Shown here piece after piece: positions 10,324 to 20,065 of a stretch of DNA of 64,000 bases. Position numbers and translations under genes: made by a program. Source of the DNA: Bdellovibrio sp. (GTDB taxonomy: Bacteria; Bdellovibrionota; UBA1018); the NCBI GenBank assembly GCA_016185105.1, contig JACPOE010000012.1, positions 8,471 through 72,470 on the forward strand. Reading direction: 5' to 3'. The notes below the pieces were generated by a model. That model was not told the origin of the DNA, did not search any database, and was given only the letters and a program-made list of their open reading frames with translations. Every line of letters begins with the position of its first letter. The stretch's first letter is position 1.

Positions 10324-10381
10324 CTGTCCCATGATGTCATTCTCGCTTGCTCATTTCAAGCCTGGAGCCAGCCATCTATTT

Positions 10382-10951
10382 TCAACGAGGTGGAGTTGGC
10401 GCCCCGCCCGCAGGAGCAGGATTCGGCGTTGTCGATGCAGGAGCGGGACCGTGTTTAGCGTCTTCTTCTGCTTTTCTCTGGTCGTAAGATTCGATCGGCG
10501 TACCCGTGGGAGTCGGTTGTACTCCGGAGCCCGCATCACCCGGACGATGTTCTTCACCCTGTGCTGGAACAGGGGGTGGGGTCATAGCGTCAGCCCCTTC
10601 GGAACGCACAGCGCCTCCCCTAACGGATTCAAACTCTGCCTGCTCAGCGAAATGACGCGCTTTATCTGCATATTCCTTGGCCAATTTGAAATTTTTAAAC
10701 TTGTATTCGTTCTTTGCTCTAAAGAACCACTCATTGGCCAAACGAAAAAGCTCAGGAGCATAGGTATCTGCCTGAACCTCTTTTGCTGCTTTGATGGCAG
10801 CTAAGCCGTAAGACATTTCTTGAACCGGACGGGTTGCAAAAATACTACAACCCACCCAAAATAACGCACTGAGTCCTACAAAAAACAAACCGGGACTCCT
10901 TTTCGTCAAAGGCTTAGTCCCGGTCTGCCAAAATCGAACTAAATTTATCAA
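10382..10951 (-). CDS. DUF4398-like lipoprotein with Pro-rich tail
   Basis: Lipobox WVGC; PVQEMS..AIKAAKEVQADTYAPELF helical domain. Confidence 0.65.
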   Translation of the reverse strand: MINLVRFWQTGTKPLTKRSPGLFFVGLSALFWVGCSIFATRPVQEMSYGLAAIKAAKEVQADTYAPELFRLANEWFFRAKNEYKFKNFKLAKEYADKARHFAEQAEFESVRGGAVRSEGADAMTPPPVPAQGEEHRPGDAGSGVQPTPTGTPIESYDQRKAEEDAKHGPAPASTTPNPAPAGGAPTPPR

Positions 10952-10956
10952 CTCGA

Positions 10957-11376
10957 TTAGTGAGAAGTGATTACAAAATTAGAACGGCGGTTTTTTGCAT
11001 AAGACTCTTCACTGGTGCCCGTGTCGATCAGTTTTTCTTTACCAAAGCTGATCACGGTCATCCGATCATGAGATACGCCCAAGTCCGTAAGAAACTTACG
11101 GGTTGCATTGGCTCTTTTTTCACCCAACGCAATATTGTACTGGATGCCACCGCGTTGATCGCAGTGACCTTCAATTTGAATTTTCAAATGGGACTTATCT
11201 TTCATAATTGAAGCATTATTCTTCAAAACGTTCTGAGCTTCTGAATCCAAAGTGAAAGAATCAAATGGGAAATGAACCGTTTCTAGGCCCATTGCCTTAC
11301 CAGAATCCGAATCGCCAGCTGTATTCTCATTGGCATCTGCAGCACCATCTGAGGTTAGAGGTAGAGCGGTGAACAT
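10957..11376 (-). CDS. pal: Peptidoglycan-associated lipoprotein (OmpA-C domain), apparently missing its signal peptide and lipobox
   Basis: VHFPFDS, IQIEGHCDQRG..QYNIALGEKRA, ISFGKE, KNRR; no hydrophobic leader or Cys upstream in frame; the frame runs head-on into aroA. Confidence 0.85.
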   Translation of the reverse strand: MFTALPLTSDGAADANENTAGDSDSGKAMGLETVHFPFDSFTLDSEAQNVLKNNASIMKDKSHLKIQIEGHCDQRGGIQYNIALGEKRANATRKFLTDLGVSHDRMTVISFGKEKLIDTGTSEESYAKNRRSNFVITSH

Positions 11377-12700
11377 CCGTATTGAGCCGCTTTCCCAAAT
11401 GACTGGGACCCCAAGAAAACCTCTGTCGGCGATTTTGTTGCCAGCAGATAAATCCATTTCTCATCGGGGTCTAATTTTTGGGGCATTAGCCAGTGGAACA
11501 ACCCGAATTTCAGGTCTGCTCAGGGCAGGGGATGTTCAATCGACCCAGCGATGTCTTTCCCAGCTAGGGGTAGGAATAGAAACTCAGGGTACCCTCACTC
11601 TTGTCCATGGAAAGAAGTTCATCCCCCCTTTGGCCCCCCTCGACTGCGGTAACTCAGGGACAACACTTCGATTGCTGATGGGGATCCTCGCAGGCGAGTG
11701 TTTTTCCTCTGAGCTTATTGGTGATTCTTCTCTTAGTGCTAGACCGATGGGACGAATCGCAGTGCCCCTGCGAAGAATGGGCGCGGAAATCTACCTTAAA
11801 GACGAGAACTATTCTCCTGTCCAAATAAAAGGTCTAACTCACGGAGTCAGACTCAAAGCTCTAAATTATGCCCTTCCGATTGGCAGCGCTCAGCTCAAGA
11901 GTGCCTTGCTCTTTGCTGGCCTCCAAGCTGAAGGGACCACTCGAATTTCAGGTAAGATTCAAAGTCGCGACCACACAGAAAGGATGTTGAAGCATTTTGG
12001 CGCACAGCTGAATTATTCTTTCGGAGAAGGCCCGGATCCCCAAGAAATTTCTATTTGTGGTGGCCAAAGACTAATAGGTGCAGATTTAAAAGTACCAAAA
12101 GATCCATCTAGTGCGGCTTACTGGGTTGCCCTCTCTCTTTTGAGTTCAAACATAAAGGTCGAGCTTAAAGAAATCCTTCTCAATTCGTTTCGAATTGGCT
12201 TTTTGGCTGCCCTTAAAAGAATGGGAGCTCAGATAGAGACTGAGATTCAAGAATGCTCAGAGACCTCTGAGCCTGTTGGAACCCTACTCAGCGAACCCAG
12301 TCCCCTGCAGGGAACGGGTATTGCCCCAGAAGAGATATCCTCGCTGATTGACGAAATTCCATTAATTGCAGTAGTGGGGGCCTTCGCTGAAGGGACTACC
12401 GAAATTCGGGGAGCTGCCGAACTGAGAGTAAAAGAGTCAGATCGAATTGAAGCCACGGCTACAAACCTTCGAAAAATGGGAGTAGATGTCGAGACCTTCA
12501 GTGACGGTATGAAGATCTACGGAAAAGGCAAACGGGGCCCAAAAGGAGCTAAATTGAGTTCTTACGGAGATCACCGCATTGCGATGAGTTTTGCGATTGC
12601 GGGAATGATGGCGAACGGGCCTACCGAAATCGAAAACTGCGAGTGTGTTTCGATTTCGTACCCTGATTTTTTTGAGACCTTAAAAAGGATTTACCTATGA
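11369..12700 (+). CDS. aroA: EPSP synthase
   Basis: DKSISHR, DCGNSGTTLRL, RPMGRI, SAQLKS, RDHTER, LRVKESDRI, DHRIAM; GTG start after GAGGT. Confidence 0.96.
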   Translation: MNIRIEPLSQMTGTPRKPLSAILLPADKSISHRGLIFGALASGTTRISGLLRAGDVQSTQRCLSQLGVGIETQGTLTLVHGKKFIPPLAPLDCGNSGTTLRLLMGILAGECFSSELIGDSSLSARPMGRIAVPLRRMGAEIYLKDENYSPVQIKGLTHGVRLKALNYALPIGSAQLKSALLFAGLQAEGTTRISGKIQSRDHTERMLKHFGAQLNYSFGEGPDPQEISICGGQRLIGADLKVPKDPSSAAYWVALSLLSSNIKVELKEILLNSFRIGFLAALKRMGAQIETEIQECSETSEPVGTLLSEPSPLQGTGIAPEEISSLIDEIPLIAVVGAFAEGTTEIRGAAELRVKESDRIEATATNLRKMGVDVETFSDGMKIYGKGKRGPKGAKLSSYGDHRIAMSFAIAGMMANGPTEIENCECVSISYPDFFETLKRIYL

Positions 12701-13113
12701 AAGAAAGTTCAAACTTCGAAAAGATGAAAGAGATTTTTAGTCGGGCCGCCTTCGTTCAAGACTTGGGGATCGAAATCGTGGAAGCTGAGTCCGGAATTTG
12801 TCGAACCCGTCTTAAAATCCTTCCCAAACACCTCCAACAAACCCAAGTTGTTCATGCAGGGGTGGTTGCCACCCTTGCCGATCATACAGCGGGAGGAGCC
12901 GCTACTTCGCTTTTGAAAGACGGAGAGTTTATCCTAACGGCTGAATTTAAGATCAGTCTTTTTCGCGCGGCCACTGGGAACGCGTTAACCTGTGTTGCAA
13001 AGGTTTTAAAACCCGGCAAAACTCTCAGTTTTGTCGAGTCAGAAGTGTATTCAGGAGACAAAAGCGAAGTGTTAGTCGCCAAAGCGATGGTTACTTTGGC
13101 TGTTCTGCGATGA
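12697..13113 (+). CDS. PaaI family thioesterase
   Basis: VVHAGVVATLAD hotdog motif; ATGA overlap with aroA. Confidence 0.9.
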   Translation: MKESSNFEKMKEIFSRAAFVQDLGIEIVEAESGICRTRLKILPKHLQQTQVVHAGVVATLADHTAGGAATSLLKDGEFILTAEFKISLFRAATGNALTCVAKVLKPGKTLSFVESEVYSGDKSEVLVAKAMVTLAVLR

Positions 13114-13135
13114 ACGATTCTAGACCGTAAAAATT

Positions 13136-13151
13136 TGGCACGCTCTTAGCA
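13136..13151 (+). promoter_or_regulatory. Putative sigma54 (-24/-12) promoter of ssb
   Basis: TGGCACGCTCTTAGCA, GG-N10-GC spacing, about 40 nt before the ATG. Confidence 0.65.
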
Positions 13152-13190
13152 TTGAGGAATGTCTCCAAAACTAATAACGGAGGTTATTCA

Positions 13191-13610
13191 ATGCTTGATA
13201 TCAACAAAGTCATTTTGGTCGGAAGATTGGGTGGTAATCCAATTTCACGAAAAACAAAAAGCGGGTTAGCAGTCACACACTTTTCCCTCGCCACTTCTCG
13301 AAAATTTGAGAAAGAAGCAATCCCTACCGAGGGAGGGCCAAACGAACCCCGTACCAGCGAATCTGTCGAAAGCCAAAAAACGGAAGAAACTCAGTGGCAC
13401 CAGATTGTCAGTTGGGGAAAGCTTGCCGAAAGTAATGCGCAATACCTTCGAAAAGGGAACGCAGTCTACGTTGAAGGTTCCATACGGAGCCATTCCTATA
13501 AAGACAAACAGGGAAACGAGAAAACAGCTTTTGAGATTCACGCCGAAACGATCAGTTATCTATACACAAAAAACGGAACTGAAAAAGTGACTCCAGCACT
13601 CACAGCATAA
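13191..13610 (+). CDS. ssb: Single-stranded DNA-binding protein lacking the acidic C-terminal tip
   Basis: INKVILVGRLG, FSLATS, TQWHQIV.WGKLAE, YLRKG..VYVEG; GGAGG RBS before MLDINK. Confidence 0.92.
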   Translation: MLDINKVILVGRLGGNPISRKTKSGLAVTHFSLATSRKFEKEAIPTEGGPNEPRTSESVESQKTEETQWHQIVSWGKLAESNAQYLRKGNAVYVEGSIRSHSYKDKQGNEKTAFEIHAETISYLYTKNGTEKVTPALTA

Positions 13611-13626
13611 ATTCCAATTCTTATCA

Positions 13627-13726
13627 GAAAGGGGTGCGAAACGAGTGAGGGTCGGATTCCACATGATCTTGGTTCGAGTCCATTTTTGGCCTGGACCTAC
13701 CCGATCTTCACTCGATACACCTTTTC
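13627..13726. other. About 100-nt imperfect inverted repeat between convergent genes (terminator or structured RNA)
   Basis: GAAAGGGGTG..CGAGTGAGGGTCGG pairs with CCGATCTTCACTCG..CACCTTTTC allowing G-U. Confidence 0.5.
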
Positions 13727-14154
13727 TATTTAGCGGGTGTGCTAACCAGATCCCCGATCATCACTGCACGTGGGGACACCATGGGAGAAGTCTTTAATGG
13801 GAGGAGTTTTTCAAGCCTAGCGATGGAGGCTCTAGGTTCGACATGAATAACTCTGACTTTAGCAAAAGGAAGGGACAGGTCACGGTAAAACTGTTCACTC
13901 ATCCCATCATAGGAAGAGACTTTACGTCGCACCTCTAGAATGCTCCCCTTGCGAAGGCCCTGTTTAGAACCCATGTTGATATAGTAATCCTTAGGGGGAG
14001 CCGTCGCCGGGTCATTTGTTAGGTTAATGTCTTGAAATACACTGTAGACAGAGTAGTCCCTTGAATCTTCTGAAGAATCGTTCTCGGCGTAGCTAGGGGT
14101 AAGAGCCCCCAACAGAACCATTAAACTGATTAAAACAATCGAGACGCTCCGCAA
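13726..14154 (-). CDS. Secreted hypothetical protein with small beta domain (YINMGSKQGLRKGSILEV)
   Basis: Signal peptide ending SYA; candidate sigma28 promoter upstream. Confidence 0.75.
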   Translation of the reverse strand: MRSVSIVLISLMVLLGALTPSYAENDSSEDSRDYSVYSVFQDINLTNDPATAPPKDYYINMGSKQGLRKGSILEVRRKVSSYDGMSEQFYRDLSLPFAKVRVIHVEPRASIARLEKLLPLKTSPMVSPRAVMIGDLVSTPAK

Positions 14155-14179
14155 AAATGCACCCCTGCTTTCATTTTGC

Positions 14180-14207
14180 CTATCGGCAGATGCTGCCCAG
14201 GAGTTTA
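14180..14207 (-). promoter_or_regulatory. Putative sigma28 (FliA) promoter
   Basis: Minus strand TAAA-N16-GCCGATAG. Confidence 0.55.
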
Positions 14208-14210
14208 AGT

Positions 14211-14237
14211 TTAATTCTCAACGGTACCTTCCGAATA
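14211..14237 (+). promoter_or_regulatory. Possible sigma28-like promoter for the HD-GYP gene
   Basis: TTAA-N15-TCCGAATA, weaker match. Confidence 0.3.
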
Positions 14238-14258
14238 GATTAGGACGGAGGCCTTACT

Positions 14259-15248
14259 TTGCAGGAACGAGTCTCAATCCCCCCAGATCAACTCATGCAG
14301 GTAGACATCATGGGATTTCGCCATGCCATTCGTGATATTACGTTTGACGTATACCTTAAAATCTCAGACGACAACGTTGCGCGAGTCTTTTCCGGTAGCA
14401 CCGGGTTAGATTACAAACGCCTTGCCCAATACATCCAGAAGGGTGTTAAATTTCTCTTTATCGAAAAGAAAGATCATGAACGGTATCTACAATTTGTAGG
14501 AGTCACCGCCGAAACGATCTTCAAGGACCCACATACTTCGCCGGAAAAGAAAATCGCAACTCTTCTAAATATGACCGAGCAAAACATCGCTGAGACTCTT
14601 GCTCAATTCCATGTGGACGAAGAAACAGCCAATGACACTCAAAAAATTATTCACAACTATGTAGACCTCATGACTGAGAAGCCCTCCACGCTCGGAATTA
14701 TTCTGAAATTAGCATCCCATGGCGAATACCTCTATTACCACTCGATCGCGGTTGCAATTTTCAGCATGTTTATCGCTAGAGCGACAGGTCAATTTAATAA
14801 AAAAATGATCGAGCTCATCGGCCTCGGTGGCTTCCTACACGATATCGGATCTACACAGCTTCCGAAGGAAGTTGTGAATAGCCCGAGCGACCTCACAGTT
14901 GAACAATGGAAGATCATGCATACCCACCCAAAACTAGGCCTTCAGATGGTAGAGAACAATAAAGTGATCCCAGAGGAAGTCAGGTACATTATCTACCAAC
15001 ATCATGAAGAGCCAAGTGGTCACGGCTACCCTAATTCCATCCGTGGGCCAGTCATCTACTATCCCGCAAAAATTGTTGCCATCGCTGATGCATTCAGCGC
15101 CCTGATCAGCAAGCGTCCCTTCCGTGAGGCTTATTCAGTCGAGGAAGCGATTCAAATCATCGAAAAAGCAGTCGGAAAATTTGACAAAGACCTGGTTAAA
15201 ATGCTTCCTGCCATCTTCTTAAGACCTGAAAAACGGCAGGCCTCCTAG
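14259..15248 (+). CDS. HD-GYP domain cyclic-dinucleotide phosphodiesterase
   Basis: YYHSIAV, LHDIG, HPKLG, QHHEEPSGHGYP, ADAFSAL..KRPFR; GGAGG RBS before TTG. Confidence 0.9.
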   Translation: MQERVSIPPDQLMQVDIMGFRHAIRDITFDVYLKISDDNVARVFSGSTGLDYKRLAQYIQKGVKFLFIEKKDHERYLQFVGVTAETIFKDPHTSPEKKIATLLNMTEQNIAETLAQFHVDEETANDTQKIIHNYVDLMTEKPSTLGIILKLASHGEYLYYHSIAVAIFSMFIARATGQFNKKMIELIGLGGFLHDIGSTQLPKEVVNSPSDLTVEQWKIMHTHPKLGLQMVENNKVIPEEVRYIIYQHHEEPSGHGYPNSIRGPVIYYPAKIVAIADAFSALISKRPFREAYSVEEAIQIIEKAVGKFDKDLVKMLPAIFLRPEKRQAS

Positions 15249-15275
15249 GCTCTACAGACTGCTAGAACAATTCGT

Positions 15276-17120
15276 TTATTGGGAATACCGATCTCGGACT
15301 TCCTTACTAACTTTATAGTACTTATATTTATTTAGAATGATGTCGCTCCCTCGGTAGTTCATGAGCCAAGGTTGGGAAATATGATAGGGGGCCTCGTAGT
15401 ACCCCATAGCAATCGGACAGTCTTCCTGAATCTGATCCTCCATTTTTGCTGCGAGCGCCAACCGAGCAGGAGAGGATTCCAACATAGCGAGTTGTTCATA
15501 GCTCTTATTTACAACAGGGTGATCGTAGCTCGTATCATTGGCCCCTGGTGGGCGATTCGGACCATAGAAAAGCTGGTAGATATTTTCTGCATCCGGGTAG
15601 TCCATGGACCAGCCACCATACGAAATTTGTAAATTCCCCTCTCTCAACTTCTGCAAAAAAGCGGGAAAAGTATTACTTTGAATCTCCAATCGAACGCCAA
15701 CTTTCGAAAGTTGATCGACAAAAAACTCTCCCAATTGGCGATCTTGGGTTGCGGCACCTCTCAGATCAAATTTAAAAATAGGAAGCCCAGCCCCTTTTGG
15801 ATAGCCGGCCTTTTTAAGAAGTTCCTTTGCTCGGACCAGATTATAATCGTATTTCATCTGAGCAAGGTTGGGCCGGTCGGGAACTCCGGGAGGAACCACA
15901 CTTGACATCTTTCTTCCTGTCCCGTTCGTAAAAGTTTGAATCCACGCGTCCCGGTCAATGGCTGAGGAAATGGCCTGGCGAAGGAATTTGTTCGTTCCCA
16001 GAAATTTGTCTTTCATATTGAATGACACAAATCGGGTGACGACTCCGGTTTCAATACTCAGGTGCATTCCTTTTTTTACAAGATCAGGAGTTAGATTCAC
16101 CTGATGGGTAATTGCTTCCTTGAAGTTATCCTTGGGAAGCTCGATCAGGTCCAATTGGCCTTTCATAAAATTAAGCCACCGGGGTTGCTCCTCTTTCAGA
16201 ACGACCATGCGAATCCGATCTAGGAGGGGCAGTTTTTTTCCGGAATCTATCAGCATTCCATTTTTCTGAAACTCCTCTGATCCAGTAGATGGATAGAGTT
16301 CGGACCTAAATTTCGGATTCTTATCCAAAATAATTTCATGATTTCTAGACCAGCTGGTGAGAACAAAGGGTCCCGTTCCTACGGGATGGTCGGTTAGATT
16401 TCCCTTCTCGTCACCGTACTCGGCGATTGCTTCGCGGGGCACTGGAGAAGAAAAACTGAGAGCTAAAATATGTAAGAGCTGCGGGTAGGGATGGACTAGT
16501 TTAAACTGGAGGGTGTAGTCATCCAGCGCTTGAATACCCTCGACTTTTTCCTCAAAGACTTGAGGTAGGTCTTTTGGTGAAGCCGCAACAAGCCGCTCAC
16601 GAAATTCATTCATGCCAACTAATTTTCCCTCTAAAACCCACCATCCAGTGGATTGCAACGAGGGCAAAGCCAGCCTTTTTAACCCGTAAACAAAATCTTC
16701 GGCCTTCAATTCTCGGCCTTTGCCTCGGCTTGCCTTAAAACAAGGATCGTCCTGAAAATGAACGTCCCTCTTAATCGAAATCGTAACTGTGAGCTTGTCA
16801 TCCGAAAAAGTAGGCAGCGAAACCGCTAGCAGGGGTTCAATTTTATAAACAGAATCCAGATAGCTATATTGATAGAGGGTCTCATAGATACTTGGGACAA
16901 GACTGCTGCTGACCGTGTCGTAGGCATTCGCAGGGTCCCAAGTCTTAACATCGTCTTTCACTAACCCATGAAAAACAGCAAGTCCCTGGTCAGCTCTGTG
17001 CCCGGTACAGCCCAACTGCGCTAAAACAATAAGTGCAAATACTGTTGCCAGCTTTAAGGCATTGGGCCTCTCAAAAAGACTCGCCCTAAAACCATATAGA
17101 AAGTTCTGTCCTGTTTGCAT
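15276..17120 (-). CDS. Peptide ABC transporter substrate-binding lipoprotein (family 5)
   Basis: LAQLGC lipobox, TWDPA, IYETLYQY, PVGTGPF, LRQAISSAIDR, GWSMDYPDAEN; start uncertain (17120 or 17168). Confidence 0.9.
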   Translation of the reverse strand: MQTGQNFLYGFRASLFERPNALKLATVFALIVLAQLGCTGHRADQGLAVFHGLVKDDVKTWDPANAYDTVSSSLVPSIYETLYQYSYLDSVYKIEPLLAVSLPTFSDDKLTVTISIKRDVHFQDDPCFKASRGKGRELKAEDFVYGLKRLALPSLQSTGWWVLEGKLVGMNEFRERLVAASPKDLPQVFEEKVEGIQALDDYTLQFKLVHPYPQLLHILALSFSSPVPREAIAEYGDEKGNLTDHPVGTGPFVLTSWSRNHEIILDKNPKFRSELYPSTGSEEFQKNGMLIDSGKKLPLLDRIRMVVLKEEQPRWLNFMKGQLDLIELPKDNFKEAITHQVNLTPDLVKKGMHLSIETGVVTRFVSFNMKDKFLGTNKFLRQAISSAIDRDAWIQTFTNGTGRKMSSVVPPGVPDRPNLAQMKYDYNLVRAKELLKKAGYPKGAGLPIFKFDLRGAATQDRQLGEFFVDQLSKVGVRLEIQSNTFPAFLQKLREGNLQISYGGWSMDYPDAENIYQLFYGPNRPPGANDTSYDHPVVNKSYEQLAMLESSPARLALAAKMEDQIQEDCPIAMGYYEAPYHISQPWLMNYRGSDIILNKYKYYKVSKEVRDRYSQ

Positions 17121-17194
17121 AATCAGCCCCCACCAAATCCCAGAATTCGGGACTCCTCGACTGATCATTATCCAAATTTTTGAAACAGTGGCAA

Positions 17195-19927
17195 TCAGGA
17201 CTTCAAATTCGTTTCAGCCCATTTCACGGATTCAGCAATCGCGTTAGATAGTCCGGCCGCGTTGGTTCCCCCAGCCTGGGCTTGGTCAGGCTTTCCGCCC
17301 CCCCTGCCCTCAATCATGCCCACAATCGCTTGAAGAAGCTCATTAGCTTTGGCCGCTTTCTGGGCTGCGGGCCCCACTGCCACTAGCAAAGATGCCTTGG
17401 TACCCTCTGCTTCTTTCATTCCAAGCACAATCAGAGAGTTGGGGTTTTTCTGTTTGATTCGGTCCGCCATGTCCCGCAGCTTTTTCGCACCCTGAGCATC
17501 AGGAGAAACGACTGCGGCTACCACAGATACCCCGCGAATCAGCTTCGCTTGAGTGAGAAGCTGATCTACTTCCCCGCTTGCATTTTGAGCATGGAAATGC
17601 CCCAGCTGCTGTCTTAATTCTCTTTCTACAGAAAACAGCTTATCAATTTTTGTTAAAATCTCGTCCGCGGAAGAGACCTTTAGCCGATCGCGAATCGTTT
17701 TAATGTCTTGATCCCGAGATCGAAGATAGTTGAACGCTCCCTTGGAAGTGTAAGCAACAATTCTTCTTACTCCAGCTGCAATCCCACTTTCATTTGCGAA
17801 CTTGAAAAGGTGGATATCAGAAGAATTCTCTACATGAGTTCCACCACAGAGTTCGGTTGAAAAATCCCCTACTCGTACGACACGAACCCGGTCCCCATAT
17901 TTTTCACCAAAAAATGCAACTGCTCCGGACTTAATGGCATCTTCTTTGTTCATCTCAGTCTTTGACACAGACTGAGCGAGCCAGATTTTCTCGTTAATTA
18001 GATCTTCAACTTGAAGAATCTCTTTTTCAGTCATTGCTTGGAAATGAGAAAAGTCGAATCGCAACAGATCTGGTGTCACCAAAGAGCCTGCCTGTTTGAC
18101 ATGATCGCCTAGGACTTTTTTCAATGCCCACTGCAGCATATGGGTCGCAGTATGGTTTCTCGCGGTGGCAGCGCGGATCTCACGATCAGTCTCCTGGAGA
18201 TACTCCGCACCAACTTCCAATTTCCCAGCTCTGGGCCTAACGTGAGCCACAATCAGATCAGGAACTGGCTTTTGCACATCGATGACATCCCCTAAGAAAC
18301 TCGCAGAACTCCCTGCAGAAGAAAGGACTCGACCTTGATCTCCAACCTGACCTCCGCTCTCACCGTAAAAAGGAGTTTCAGCGAAAACGACTTCGATCAG
18401 GGCTGACTTTTCAATGCTGTCAGCGCTGGCTGCAAGACTAGGTGTTAAATAAGATTGGACCCTCTCAATCTTATTTTCGCTAGGAACCAAAATCGCCACA
18501 CACTTGCCCTGCGCAGAGGTCTTCTCATAACCTTTGAAAACAGGAAGTTCGCCTCTGTCCTTCAGTTCCTTAGCAAGGTTTAAATAAATTTGATCTAAAG
18601 CCTGTTCGCCAGATCCCTTCCAATGTTTGCGAGATTCAGAGCGTTGTCGATCCATGGCTTTTTCAAAACCGATTTCATCAACCTGGATCTTCTTTTCTTC
18701 GCAGATCACACGGGTCAAATCCAATGGAAAGCCATAAGTGTCGTAGAGTTTGAAGGCAACCTCTCCAGGTAATACGAGAGAACTCCCCACAAGCTTTGCG
18801 GTTTCCTCATCCAATAGAGAGAGCCCCCTTTCCAGGGTTTTAAAAAATTGCTCTTCCTCAGCAATCACCGCTTTTTCAATAAATGCTTTCTTACTAGCTA
18901 AGTCAGGGTAGGCATCCTTCATCTGATCAATCACAAATCCGGTGACTTGATTCAAGAAGGGTCCCGTAAAACCCAGTTTCTTTCCGTGCCGAATTGCTCT
19001 ACGAATAATTCGGCGCAAAACATAGCCTCGGCCTTCGTTTGAAGGAAGAACACCGTCGCCCACCAGGAACGTGGTCGCCCGAGAATGATCCGCGACAACC
19101 CGAAACGAAACTGCTAGCTCGGATTTCGGATCATACTTCTTTCCAGAAATTTCCGCTGTCTTCTGAATGATGTCCTGAAAGAGATCGGTGTCGTAGTTTG
19201 TATCAACCTCCTGCAAAATTGAAGCAATTCGCTCCAAGCCTGCACCTGTGTCTACGCTAGGTTTTGGTAGAGGGTTCAATTTTCCATCAGACGATCTCTC
19301 GTACTGCATGAAAACAAGATTCCAAAATTCCATGTACCGATCACAGTCGCAACCCATCCCGCAGGTAGGTTTTTTGCAACCGTACTTTTCTCCACGATCA
19401 TAGAAAATTTCACTACAGGGCCCGCAAGGTCCGGTGTCACCCATGGCCCAAAAATTATCTTTTTCTCCAAAACGATAGATTCGCTCCTTAGGCACACCCT
19501 CATTCTTGTGCCAAATTTCGGCGGCTTCATCGTCCTTCTCGTAAACAGAGACATACAATCGGTCTTTGGAAAGCTTGAGTTCGCGAGTAACAAATTCCCA
19601 CGCAAAGTGAATCGCGTCCTTTTTAAAATAGTCCCCAAAAGAAAAGTTCCCTAGCATTTCAAAAAACGTGTGGTGTCTCGCTGTAAAGCCCACGTTTTCC
19701 AAATCGTTATGCTTTCCCCCGGCTCGAACACACTTCTGAGAGGTCGTAGCCCGTTTGTAGGCTCTTCGATCTTTCCCTAAAAACACGTCCTTAAACTGGA
19801 CCATTCCTGCATTGGTAAAAAGCAAGGTGGGATCATTTTGTGGCACCAATGCCGAGCTTTCCACGATGGTATGTCCATGATTTTCGAAATATTTTAGGAA
19901 AAGTGACCGAATTTCAGCTGCTTTCAT
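17195..19927 (-). CDS. alaS: Alanine-tRNA ligase
   Basis: DPTLLFTNAGMVQFK, RHHTFFEMLGNFSFGDYFK, NHTATH, ELCGGTHV, GRGGGKPDQAQAGG. Confidence 0.98.
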   Translation of the reverse strand: MKAAEIRSLFLKYFENHGHTIVESSALVPQNDPTLLFTNAGMVQFKDVFLGKDRRAYKRATTSQKCVRAGGKHNDLENVGFTARHHTFFEMLGNFSFGDYFKKDAIHFAWEFVTRELKLSKDRLYVSVYEKDDEAAEIWHKNEGVPKERIYRFGEKDNFWAMGDTGPCGPCSEIFYDRGEKYGCKKPTCGMGCDCDRYMEFWNLVFMQYERSSDGKLNPLPKPSVDTGAGLERIASILQEVDTNYDTDLFQDIIQKTAEISGKKYDPKSELAVSFRVVADHSRATTFLVGDGVLPSNEGRGYVLRRIIRRAIRHGKKLGFTGPFLNQVTGFVIDQMKDAYPDLASKKAFIEKAVIAEEEQFFKTLERGLSLLDEETAKLVGSSLVLPGEVAFKLYDTYGFPLDLTRVICEEKKIQVDEIGFEKAMDRQRSESRKHWKGSGEQALDQIYLNLAKELKDRGELPVFKGYEKTSAQGKCVAILVPSENKIERVQSYLTPSLAASADSIEKSALIEVVFAETPFYGESGGQVGDQGRVLSSAGSSASFLGDVIDVQKPVPDLIVAHVRPRAGKLEVGAEYLQETDREIRAATARNHTATHMLQWALKKVLGDHVKQAGSLVTPDLLRFDFSHFQAMTEKEILQVEDLINEKIWLAQSVSKTEMNKEDAIKSGAVAFFGEKYGDRVRVVRVGDFSTELCGGTHVENSSDIHLFKFANESGIAAGVRRIVAYTSKGAFNYLRSRDQDIKTIRDRLKVSSADEILTKIDKLFSVERELRQQLGHFHAQNASGEVDQLLTQAKLIRGVSVVAAVVSPDAQGAKKLRDMADRIKQKNPNSLIVLGMKEAEGTKASLLVAVGPAAQKAAKANELLQAIVGMIEGRGGGKPDQAQAGGTNAAGLSNAIAESVKWAETNLKS

Positions 19928-20065
19928 TTGGGATTCTTTACTCGACTCCCTAGGGACACGCAACTTTTAAACAAGAAGTCAGCAGGGGTTAGGCCCTAGA
20001 TAGATTCCTGGAATCATTGGATTGATCTCTCTTTTTTGGAGGGAAAATATTTTGGGGAAAGAGAC

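Noticed and set aside
11330..11457. A real 128-nt antisense overlap of pal and aroA
   Set aside because: Both extensions are non-homologous ORF-caller run-ons; aroA fits a GTG start at 11369
13671..13681. GGTTCGAGTCC as part of a tRNA or tmRNA gene
   Set aside because: No acceptor stem, D-arm, anticodon arm or CCA could be built around it
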